DNA of 24,000 nucleotides, from sequence record JX100811.1. One strand, written 5' to 3'. This stretch comes from Caulobacter virus Karma. A program made the translations under genes and the position numbers. Shown here one piece after another: positions 1 to 7,291 of the stretch. A model generated the notes under the pieces. The model worked only from the letters and a program-made list of their open reading frames with translations, made no database searches and was not told the DNA's origin. The number at the start of each line of letters is the position of its first letter. Position 1 is the stretch's first letter.

Positions 1-153
1 GCGGATGGTCTCCCCGTCGGCTTCGTTGAACGAGGCCAGCGACAGGCCGATGGTGAAGCCGCTCGGATTGTCCGGCGTCTCGGTCAGGGCCAGAACCGAT
101 TGGGCGAGCGCGCGCTCTTCTTGGACCTGGGTGTCTTCAGAGGGGGAGGTCAT
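1..153 (-). CDS. hypothetical protein, C-terminus beyond window (MTSPSEDTQVQEERALAQSVLALTETPDNPSGFTIGLSLASFNEADGETIR...)
   Basis: Open minus-strand frame from ATG at 153 to the window edge. Overlaps the end of the next upstream gene by 17 nt, typical of this operon. Confidence 0.6.
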   Translation of the reverse strand, partial: MTSPSEDTQVQEERALAQSVLALTETPDNPSGFTIGLSLASFNEADGETIR

Positions 154-442
154 GGGATTCCTGCTGCATGAGGAGGGTGATGCGGTTGACGGCGTCGACT
201 TCGCTGATCGGCCCGGCCTTCAGGAGGGCGTCGATCGTGTCGGCGATCACCCCCTGCTGGTCGAGGGTCATGATCGCGAGCCCGTAGAGCAGCGCCTGGG
301 ACGCGTGGCGCCGGACGCTCGGGGTGGTGTGGTGGATGATCAGGTCGGCCTCGGCGCGATCCCCGCTGGCGGGCACGAAGGCCGAGAGCGAGAATTCCGG
401 GGCCAGATCGTCCGGGATATCGAGAGGGGCGGGGGAGGACAT
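137..442 (-). CDS. hypothetical protein, 101 aa
   Basis: Complete ORF with an AGGAG Shine-Dalgarno-like sequence upstream; co-directional with neighbours. Confidence 0.65.
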   Translation of the reverse strand: MSSPAPLDIPDDLAPEFSLSAFVPASGDRAEADLIIHHTTPSVRRHASQALLYGLAIMTLDQQGVIADTIDALLKAGPISEVDAVNRITLLMQQESHDLPL

Positions 443-479
443 GCTCGGCTCCGGTGATGTCGTGTCTCCTGACGATTGA

Positions 480-497
480 TGTCAGGATTCACGACAT
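480..497. promoter_or_regulatory. intergenic element copy 1: TGTCAGGATTCACGACAT (contains GATTC)
   Basis: Same 18-mer core recurs near 6593, 10600 (inverted), 14277 and 20260. Confidence 0.6.
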
Positions 498-509
498 CGG
501 TCAACAAGG

Positions 510-1469
510 TTAATTCGCCGCAGGGGCGTCCCAGACGGCTTCGCCCGGCACGAACTTGCGGAACTGCTGGAAGCCCCGGAAATTGCCCTGGTGCGCCTTG
601 GTCAGCGCGGCGCCCGGACGGGCGGCGCGGGCTTGGTGCTCCAGCGGCGAGGCATGGACCGGCTGGGAGGCGGCCAGCTTCAGGAAGGTCCCGACGTCAC
701 GGGTGATCGAGGCCTTGGAGCCGTCGAAGTCGCGGTAGCTGGCGCGCGCGCAGCGCGACGCCGACGAGACGATCAGGAGGCGGTCGATCTCGGAGACCTC
801 GCGCAGATTGACGAAGGCGAAGTCGATCAGACCCAGATTGTAGTCGGCCTGAGCCCGCTCGTTGCGCAGGAAGCGCGAGATCGTGTCGATGTCCTCTTCC
901 AGGTTGATGAACGGCAGGTGCCATTCGCCCGGCCGCAGCAGGCGCGGGGTCTGGGCGTACAGGTCCGCCTTGATCCGTCGCGCCAGGGTCTGGATTTCGT
1001 CCTGGGCACCGGCGTCGTCGCGCAGGGTCAGGAAGTTGATCCAGTCGGTGGCCGAGACCACGACCGAGATGTAGCCGAACCATTCGGTGGCGCGGTTGAC
1101 CCACTGCTTATGGATGTTGAGGCCGCCTTCCTCGCGCGGCAGGCCCAGCTTGGCGACGCCGGCGCGCACCGCGTCCGCCATCTCCATCCAGATCGCCTCG
1201 GCCGCCTCCTGGTCGGCGTTCGACAGATATTCGCCCGGTTGCATGCCCGGCTTGTTCTCGCGGAACAGCGGCACGTAGGGCTCGTCCAGCAGCATCTTCT
1301 TGAGCGGGATGGCCCGGCTCGACGAGGCGTTGCGGCTGAACACCCGATGGGTCATGAAGTCGGCGTGGACCATGCGCGGATAGCGCAGCAGCAGACTGTC
1401 CAGGCGCTTGCCGTCCTGGGTGATCGACGCGGCCAGCGGCGTCGTTTGAACGAAATCGAGGGTCGGCAT
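510..1469 (-). CDS. thyX: FAD-dependent thymidylate synthase ThyX
   Basis: ThyX signature-like 'THRVFSRNASSSRAIP' and C-terminal 'VHASPLEHQA...GNFRGFQQFRKFVPGE'. Confidence 0.93.
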   Translation of the reverse strand: MPTLDFVQTTPLAASITQDGKRLDSLLLRYPRMVHADFMTHRVFSRNASSSRAIPLKKMLLDEPYVPLFRENKPGMQPGEYLSNADQEAAEAIWMEMADAVRAGVAKLGLPREEGGLNIHKQWVNRATEWFGYISVVVSATDWINFLTLRDDAGAQDEIQTLARRIKADLYAQTPRLLRPGEWHLPFINLEEDIDTISRFLRNERAQADYNLGLIDFAFVNLREVSEIDRLLIVSSASRCARASYRDFDGSKASITRDVGTFLKLAASQPVHASPLEHQARAARPGAALTKAHQGNFRGFQQFRKFVPGEAVWDAPAAN

Positions 1470-1472
1470 GGA

Positions 1473-2009
1473 TCAGTCCTGGGCGGCGTCGAGCACGATC
1501 ATGGCGATCGCGTTGTGGAGATCGTCGATCCCCCGGTCGTTGGTGATGGTCCAGTCGGGGACGATCAGGTCCATCTCCAGTTCGGAGGCGTGCTGGGAGG
1601 CGGCGTCCTTGGTGACCTTGCGCGGGTCCTCGACGCGGATGATCCGGCCCTTCAGCGCCCGCACGGCGGCGGCCTCGTTCAGGAAGCGGCAGTCCGAGCA
1701 GACGACATGGCTGTAGCCGCCGGCCGCCCGCTTGAAGGCCTCGATCCAGGTGTCCGACTCATAGGAGCGGAACATCTCGGTGCCGATCTTCTGGAGGATG
1801 TCGCGGGGGCTCTTGAAGGGGTAGCGGTCCAGGACCGTCTCCTTGAGCACCGGGTCCGACATTTCGAGGTCGGTCACGCCATAGGCGATCTTGGCGATCT
1901 CCCGCAGCGGGTCGGCGAAGTTGATGTGGCGGTAGCCGGCGGCTTCCAGGCGGCGGGCGGCCGTCGTCTTGCCGTGCCCGCGCTTGCCGGTGATGGCAAT
2001 CAGGTCCAT
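1473..2009 (-). CDS. deoxynucleoside monophosphate kinase-like P-loop protein
   Basis: N-terminal Walker A 'AITGKRGHGKTTAARRL', length 178 aa, next to thyX; dNMP kinase-like 'FADPLREIAK'. Confidence 0.75.
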   Translation of the reverse strand: MDLIAITGKRGHGKTTAARRLEAAGYRHINFADPLREIAKIAYGVTDLEMSDPVLKETVLDRYPFKSPRDILQKIGTEMFRSYESDTWIEAFKRAAGGYSHVVCSDCRFLNEAAAVRALKGRIIRVEDPRKVTKDAASQHASELEMDLIVPDWTITNDRGIDDLHNAIAMIVLDAAQD

Positions 2010-2018
2010 GGGGTTCTC

Positions 2019-3353
2019 CTAGCGAAGGATGGTGAGGGTCTTGGCCGCGCGGGTGATGCCCGTGTAGAGCCACTTGTCTTCGTCGGCCCGGAAGCAGCCG
2101 CTTTCGTCGATCAGGACGACATCGTCCCACTGCGAACCCTGGCTGGCATGGCAGGTGATGGCGTAGGCCCAGTCCGCGACGATCGAGCTTTTCAGCGCCC
2201 GCCAAGCCTTCTGCTCAGGCGCGGTGTAGCCCTTGTTGGTGCGCGAGAAGTGCTCCTCGAACATCCCCTGGAACATCGTCTTGTCGTGGTACTCGACGCC
2301 GTTCTCGTCGCTGAACGAGCCCTGGAACGTCGCGTCGCCATGGGTGAACTCGACCGACTTGAGCGAGGTCACTTCCGTGCCGTTGGTCAGGTCCGGGTTG
2401 TCGCGGACGTTCTTGCGGATGATCAGCGGCTCGTTCTTCTGCGGCCCCACGCGCTCGCCAGGGTACTCGACGTAGCCGAATTCCGAGCGAAGCTGCTGGT
2501 TGACGTTCCACCGGGTCTTGTTGCGGCCGACGATGAACTGCGGGCGGTCCTCGAAATCGAAGACCTCCTCATATTCGGCGCGGCGCATGACCTTCACCCC
2601 GCTGCCGTAGTCGCGGAACGGCAGGTCCTTGCCTTCGCGCGCCAGGGTCGACAGGTGGATGATCGGATTGTCCTGGGCCTGCCGGTGGATTTCCGACAGG
2701 AAGAAGTCCGGATCATTGGCCAGCAGGCCCGCGTCGTCCTCGACCGGGGGAAGCTGACCAGGATCGCCCATGGCGAAGATCGGCACCCCGTATTCCATCA
2801 GGTCGTCGGTCATCCGGCGCCCGACCATGGACGCCTCGTCGACGACGATCAGGCTCGCCAACTGGATGGCGCTGTCGGGGTTCAGTTGGAAGTTGATCTT
2901 GTCCTCGCGGTAGGCCGCGCTGAGTTCGGCCTCCAGGCGCTTGATCAGCTTCTTTTGCGTGAAGATGTGCTGGTCCTTGTCCGGATCGCCGCCTTCCATG
3001 GCGCAGATGTAGAGCGCTTCGCTGAGCGCTTCCCGGTGGTTTTCCAGGTCGGTTTCGAGTTGTGAGATCGGGGCCGGCTTGGCGCGGTAGATCGCCGAAT
3101 GGATCGTGCCCGCGTTGGTGTTGGCGTAGCCCTGGGCCTTCAGCTTGGTCCGCATGACCTTGGCGGCCTTGCCCGTCGGGGCGACGAAGGCCACGGTCTC
3201 GGGCGCGATGCCGAGGCTGTCGAGAATGAACGGCAGGATGGTGGACTTGCCCGAGCCGGCGAAGCCGGTCATCGTCGTCAGGGGTTGCCCGTCCTTGATC
3301 TTTTCGACAACGACCTTGCGGGCCGTGTCCTGTTGTGCGCTGAGCGTAGTCAT
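2019..3353 (-). CDS. Dda/RecD-like superfamily 1 DNA helicase
   Basis: 'TGFAGSGKSTILP' Walker A, 'LIVDEASMVG' Walker B, 'AMGDPGQLPPV', 'YAITCHASQGSQWDDV' motif. Confidence 0.88.
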   Translation of the reverse strand: MTTLSAQQDTARKVVVEKIKDGQPLTTMTGFAGSGKSTILPFILDSLGIAPETVAFVAPTGKAAKVMRTKLKAQGYANTNAGTIHSAIYRAKPAPISQLETDLENHREALSEALYICAMEGGDPDKDQHIFTQKKLIKRLEAELSAAYREDKINFQLNPDSAIQLASLIVVDEASMVGRRMTDDLMEYGVPIFAMGDPGQLPPVEDDAGLLANDPDFFLSEIHRQAQDNPIIHLSTLAREGKDLPFRDYGSGVKVMRRAEYEEVFDFEDRPQFIVGRNKTRWNVNQQLRSEFGYVEYPGERVGPQKNEPLIIRKNVRDNPDLTNGTEVTSLKSVEFTHGDATFQGSFSDENGVEYHDKTMFQGMFEEHFSRTNKGYTAPEQKAWRALKSSIVADWAYAITCHASQGSQWDDVVLIDESGCFRADEDKWLYTGITRAAKTLTILR

Positions 3354-3426
3354 CGGAGACTTTCGGACGAGACGAGGGAACCCGCCCGGACGCGCCGGGC
3401 GGGTTGGTCGAAGAGATCAGGAGCGC

Positions 3427-4515
3427 TTAGAAGCGACCCCGGCCGCGCGAGGCGCGTTCGGTGCGCTCCTCGCCTTCGTCCTCGTCGTCGCGACCCCGGC
3501 CGCGCGTCGGACGCTCGTCACGCTCGTCCTCCTCGTCGCGGCTGCGACGGGCGGGGCGCTCGTCACGCTCCTCGCGGTCGTCGTCGCGGCTGCGGCGAGC
3601 CGGGCGCTCGTCTTCCTCGTCGCGCGAGCGACGGGCCGGACGTTCGTCCTCGTCGTCACGGCTGCGGCGGGCGGGACGCTCTTCCGGTTCGTCGTCGCGC
3701 GCGGCGCGGCGGCTCGAACGCTCTTCGCGCTCCTCCGGCTCGTCATCGCGGCTGCGGCGGCTCGAACGCTCTTCGCGCTCTTCGCGGTCGTCGTCACGCG
3801 AACGACGGGCCGGACGCTCGTCCTCGTCGTCGCGGCTGCGACGCGAGCGCTTGTCCTCGACGGCCTTGGGCTTGTCGTCGTAGTCGTCCGGCGTGCCTTC
3901 CAGCAGCGCGGCCAGTTCCGTCTCCGGCATCCAGCGCACGATCTTGAACTTCGGCGCGTACTTGGTGACCTTCCGGCCGCCCTTGGTCTTGCCCTCGAAG
4001 GGGTTGGAGTCCAGGGCGATGATCGGCACCTCGCCGGGGTGGTTGCGGAAGCTGTTGCCGAAGTCCTTCAGGAACGCGGCCAGCGCCCGGCGCTTGGAGA
4101 CGTTGTTGGCCTGGAAGACCATCTCGACGTAGGGCTCGTCGATCAGACGGAAATCGATCGTGTACTGCTCGACCGGGCCGTCTTCCTCGCCGTAGGGACC
4201 GTGGTCCGGCAGGCTGTTCTTCGACGGCTGCGGGCCGTCTTGCAGGGCGACCATTTCTTCGTAGACGACCTTGCCGTCCACCCAGATCACCCAGCCGCGC
4301 TTGTAGGAGCGCAGGTTGGCGGCCATTTCGGTGCCGTTCTTCAGCGGCTCGTCTTCGGCGCCGTAGGAGTACGTGCCGTCGTTGCCGTCGAACTTCATGA
4401 AGGCCTTGCCGTCGCCGCCGCCCTTGAGGTTGTTGGCCTCGTTGGCGATCGCGGCGTAGAAATCGTCCTGGCTGGCCAGATAGCCGCCGGCCGAACGCGT
4501 GGTGAGTTCACCCAT
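3427..4515 (-). CDS. phage protein with folded N-terminal part and ~120-aa mixed-charge (Arg/Asp/Glu/Ser) repetitive C-terminal tail
   Basis: 362 aa ORF. C-terminus is built of repeated 'SRRDDEDERPARRSRDD.EEREERSSRRSRDDE' units. Sits among replication genes. Confidence 0.75.
   Translation of the reverse strand: MGELTTRSAGGYLASQDDFYAAIANEANNLKGGGDGKAFMKFDGNDGTYSYGAEDEPLKNGTEMAANLRSYKRGWVIWVDGKVVYEEMVALQDGPQPSKNSLPDHGPYGEEDGPVEQYTIDFRLIDEPYVEMVFQANNVSKRRALAAFLKDFGNSFRNHPGEVPIIALDSNPFEGKTKGGRKVTKYAPKFKIVRWMPETELAALLEGTPDDYDDKPKAVEDKRSRRSRDDEDERPARRSRDDDREEREERSSRRSRDDEPEEREERSSRRAARDDEPEERPARRSRDDEDERPARRSRDEEDERPARRSRDDDREERDERPARRSRDEEDERDERPTRGRGRDDEDEGEERTERASRGRGRF
3430..3860 (-). repeat. 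degenerate coding tandem repeat of CG-rich Arg/Asp/Glu codons
   Basis: Repeated 'cgtcgtcgcggctgcg(a/g)cg...ggcgctcgtc' blocks visible by eye, inside the CDS 3427-4515. Confidence 0.8.
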
Positions 4516-4542
4516 TTGCTGATACCTATTTTCTGTGGAGTT

Positions 4543-4568
4543 CCTCGGAGGCGCGAGTGCCTCCGAGG
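4543..4568 (-). terminator. perfect 10-bp hairpin CCTCGGAGGC-GCGAGT-GCCTCCGAGG between genes
   Basis: Direct inverted repeat; no long T-run, so the terminator role is uncertain. Confidence 0.5.
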
Positions 4569-4627
4569 CTGTTACTAGGACTAGGCTGAGACTAGGCTAG
4601 GACTGGTGGAAGACTTCGTAAGTTGAG

Positions 4628-5764
4628 CTACTCCTCGTCCGCCTTCTGAGCACCCTTTTCAGAGATGTTCAGGCGACCGTGGCCCTCGCCTTCCCTCATG
4701 TAGTCTTCGATGTTGAGACCATTTTCCGCCAGCGCTTCGCGAACGGCGCTGGTGTCGAGGGTCTTGCGACCCTTGATCCACGAGATGGAGGCCTTGATCT
4801 TTCCGTCTGCCGACTTCGCGACCCGGACTCCGGTGTTGTGGAACCACTGCTTCAGAGCCTCCGAAGCAGCCTTGTGTCCCACTTCGGCCGCCTTTTTCGC
4901 AGCCGAGGCGCACCGCTCCTCGGCCACAAGGCGTTCGAACTCTTCCAGGATCGGCGCGGGCGTCGTCTTCGAGTTGGCCTCGCCGCTCGTGGGGGTGGAC
5001 TTCTTGGTCGTCTGGGCGCAGGCGACCTTGAACGGGCAGTAGGTGCAGGAGCTATCGATCTTGCCCTCGGCCATGACCTCCGACGGGTCCTTGATGGCGA
5101 AGACGTCGTGCGCGCGCTGCATGGCGACGTCGAACACCTTCTGGTCGAAGGGGACGACGAACACCTCGATGTCGTCGAAGAACGAAGCGTCGATGTAGAT
5201 GATGACCGCGTAGTTGGGCCGCCAGGACGAAAGCTGGCGCGTCAATCCCATCTGGACGATCGTCTGGCCCCTATGGATGCTTTTCTCCTCCTTCAGGTTC
5301 ACCCGAGGATCGATCGACTTGATCTCCAGGTTGAAGCAGTTGGAGGGGTGCTCGACGTCCTTGCGCGAGCCGCCCAGGGAGGCGATGCCGTACTCGGCCA
5401 GGGCGTCGTCGTCGGCGTAGATCACCAGACCGTCGGGCGTGGCCGACAGGGGCGCTTCGGGCGAGATGAGGGTCCGCTGGTTCGCGCCGCCCCAGATCAA
5501 CTGGGCGTCGCGGGTCAGGTTCTCGGTGATCCACTTCACGCCGGGCTCGACGAAGTAGTTCTCGATCAGGTCGCCGCGTTGCAGCGCGCCCCAGGACTGC
5601 TCGTAGTCCGGGTCCTTCGGGGCGCCGTGCTTGGCGAACCACACCTTGCGCAGGCACCCGAACGCCTCCGAGGCGCCGACCGACTTGCTGCGGTCGTGCT
5701 TCCACACCTTCTGGTGGGCCTCGACGTATTCGTTAAACCCGGATTTGAAGTTGATCGCAGCCAT
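4628..5764 (-). CDS. Cas4/RecB-like PD-(D/E)XK nuclease with probable 4Fe-4S cluster cysteines
   Basis: 'GASEAFGCLRKVWF' (single N-terminal Cys), 'LSATPDG' (D), 'FNLEIKS' (ExK), C-terminal 'CTYCPFKVAC'. Confidence 0.8.
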   Translation of the reverse strand: MAAINFKSGFNEYVEAHQKVWKHDRSKSVGASEAFGCLRKVWFAKHGAPKDPDYEQSWGALQRGDLIENYFVEPGVKWITENLTRDAQLIWGGANQRTLISPEAPLSATPDGLVIYADDDALAEYGIASLGGSRKDVEHPSNCFNLEIKSIDPRVNLKEEKSIHRGQTIVQMGLTRQLSSWRPNYAVIIYIDASFFDDIEVFVVPFDQKVFDVAMQRAHDVFAIKDPSEVMAEGKIDSSCTYCPFKVACAQTTKKSTPTSGEANSKTTPAPILEEFERLVAEERCASAAKKAAEVGHKAASEALKQWFHNTGVRVAKSADGKIKASISWIKGRKTLDTSAVREALAENGLNIEDYMREGEGHGRLNISEKGAQKADEE

Positions 5765-5835
5765 CGCGCACCGTCACATTTCTCTGGTATCGTGACTTGG
5801 GTTCATCCAGGGTCACGGGCCTGGGGCGCGGCGCG

Positions 5836-5919
5836 CTAGGGGCGATCGAGCTTGTTACGCAGCCAGATCAGGAAGGCGGCCCCGATGCAGCCGGCGGCGA
5901 TCCAGAACAGGTCGGTCAC
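5836..5919 (-). CDS. 27-aa putative single-pass membrane microprotein (VTDLFWIAAGCIGAAFLIWLRNKLDRP)
   Basis: GTG start overlapping the TGA of the upstream exonuclease (GTGA), a coupling pattern seen at other junctions here; hydrophobic core with basic C-terminus. Confidence 0.45.
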   Translation of the reverse strand: MTDLFWIAAGCIGAAFLIWLRNKLDRP

Positions 5920-6545
5920 GCGGCCTTCTCCCGCATCTTGGCCGCGACCATGTCTTCCATGGCGTAGTAGCAGCGCTGGGTGGCGAGGACGTCGGCGATG
6001 GCGGTGTGGGCGTCCTCGAACCCCTCGCCGATCAGGTGCTTGTGGAGGTCGATCAGCTTGGGCTTGCGATAGCCGCCCTGGCGGGCCGGCAGCTTCATCA
6101 GCGGCATGCCGGCCAGGATGGTGTCGAACATCGCCTTGCCCGCGAACGGATCGGCGTCCGGGCGGCCCAGGACGCGCCGGACGACATTGGTCATGATCTT
6201 GTTGTCGAACGAGACATGGTTGTGGCCGACGACCACGTCAGCGACCGCGACGAGGTCGCAGAAGGCCTCGATGACCAGCACCTCGGTGATCCCGATCTGC
6301 TCGGAAAGCTCGGGGCTGATCCCGTGGATGGCGGCGGCCCCGCCCTTGCCGTCCTTGCCGACGGTCCAGTCTTGCAGCACGTTCGCCGGGACATCGCCCA
6401 GGCGCAGGATCATGTCCAGGCGCTGCATCTCCTTGCGTTCCGGATTGGCCAGGATCGCGCCCAGTTGGACGACGCGAGGCTGTTCGTCCAGGGAGCGTTT
6501 GCTGTCCGGAAAGCCGGTGGTTTCGGTGTCGTAGAAAAGGATCAT
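5916..6545 (-). CDS. DEDD-family 3'-5' exonuclease (DNA polymerase III epsilon / RNase T-like)
   Basis: 'ILFYDTETTGFPD' (ExoI), 'VVGHNHVSFDNKI' (ExoII), 'HLIGEGFEDAHTAIADVLAT' (ExoIII). Confidence 0.88.
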   Translation of the reverse strand: MILFYDTETTGFPDSKRSLDEQPRVVQLGAILANPERKEMQRLDMILRLGDVPANVLQDWTVGKDGKGGAAAIHGISPELSEQIGITEVLVIEAFCDLVAVADVVVGHNHVSFDNKIMTNVVRRVLGRPDADPFAGKAMFDTILAGMPLMKLPARQGGYRKPKLIDLHKHLIGEGFEDAHTAIADVLATQRCYYAMEDMVAAKMREKAA

Positions 6546-6569
6546 CGGGCGATCTCGTTCGGGAGTGTC

Positions 6570-6610
6570 TTGTTAACCAAGTTCCGGATGGGTGTCAAGA
6601 TTCACGACAT
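6570..6610 (-). promoter_or_regulatory. promoter-like: TTGACA (6598..6593) - 17 nt - TAACAA (6575..6570) plus element copy 2 TGTCAAGATTCACGACAT (6593..6610)
   Basis: -35 hexamer exact, 17-nt spacing, GAATC immediately upstream of the -35. Confidence 0.6.
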
Positions 6611-6616
6611 AGAAAG

Positions 6617-7291
6617 TCACGAAGCACGACTCACGCCCTGGGCTTTGATGATCTCGTAGATACGCTGGGCCGACAGGCTGTAGGCCTCGGCCAGTTGCGC
6701 CACCGGCTCGCCCTTGGCGTAGCAGTCGGCGATCTCGGCGTAGAACCGCTTCTTGGCCTCCTCCCGGCGCAGCTTGGCGTCGGGGGCGTGGCGGTCGATG
6801 AAGCGGTAGATCGCGATCCGGCTGACCCCGTAGTCCTTGGCGATCAAGGGCACGGGGGCGAAGGCGGCGTAGCTTTCGATGATGTCGGCGGCGTGGTCGG
6901 CGAGGGCCATGGGGTTCTCCAGGAGGGCGAGAGCGCGGTCGATCACCACCGCCGCGCGCTTCGAGGGCTGTTTGGTCAGGAAGCCGCAGCGGCGGCCGGC
7001 GGCGTAGGGCGGCTCCAGCCCTACGCAGAGGTACTGGTCGGCGGTCGGGTCCGCGCGGTAGCCGCCGGCGGCCTCAAGCCACCAGTGGGTCCCGCCGTCG
7101 GGGTCGCGCCCGACCATCGGCCGCCAGCCGCCGTCCCAACCGTCCAGCAGATGCCAGAGCGCCTCGGAGGCGACATAGCAGTGCCCGGCGGTCGGGTTGG
7201 AAGCCGTGTACGCGGAACGATAGGGCTCGTGCAGAAGCTCGGGTGTGAGGCTCTTCTGGACCGCGATAAGGGTTTCGAGCGGCGCCTGCAT
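6617..7291 (-). CDS. hypothetical protein, 224 aa, with two helix-turn-helix-like segments at the C-terminus
   Basis: Starts MQAPLETLIAVQKSL...; TGATG overlap with polA stop; 'VPLIAKDYGVSRIAIYRFI' and 'PVAQLAEAYSLSAQRIYEII' look like HTH units. Confidence 0.7.
   Translation of the reverse strand: MQAPLETLIAVQKSLTPELLHEPYRSAYTASNPTAGHCYVASEALWHLLDGWDGGWRPMVGRDPDGGTHWWLEAAGGYRADPTADQYLCVGLEPPYAAGRRCGFLTKQPSKRAAVVIDRALALLENPMALADHAADIIESYAAFAPVPLIAKDYGVSRIAIYRFIDRHAPDAKLRREEAKKRFYAEIADCYAKGEPVAQLAEAYSLSAQRIYEIIKAQGVSRAS

Noticed and set aside
591-3065. 824-aa plus-strand ORF
   Set aside because: Antisense to thyX, dNMP kinase and helicase genes; typical shadow ORF of high-GC codon bias, low-complexity His/Arg/Val-rich translation.
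3430-3860. CRISPR-like array
   Set aside because: Repeats are degenerate, without regular unique spacers, and in frame within a coding sequence.
3145-4578. 477-aa plus-strand ORF with repeated 'VVAAAAART LF' segments
   Set aside because: Antisense of the mixed-charge repeat coding region; no independent support.
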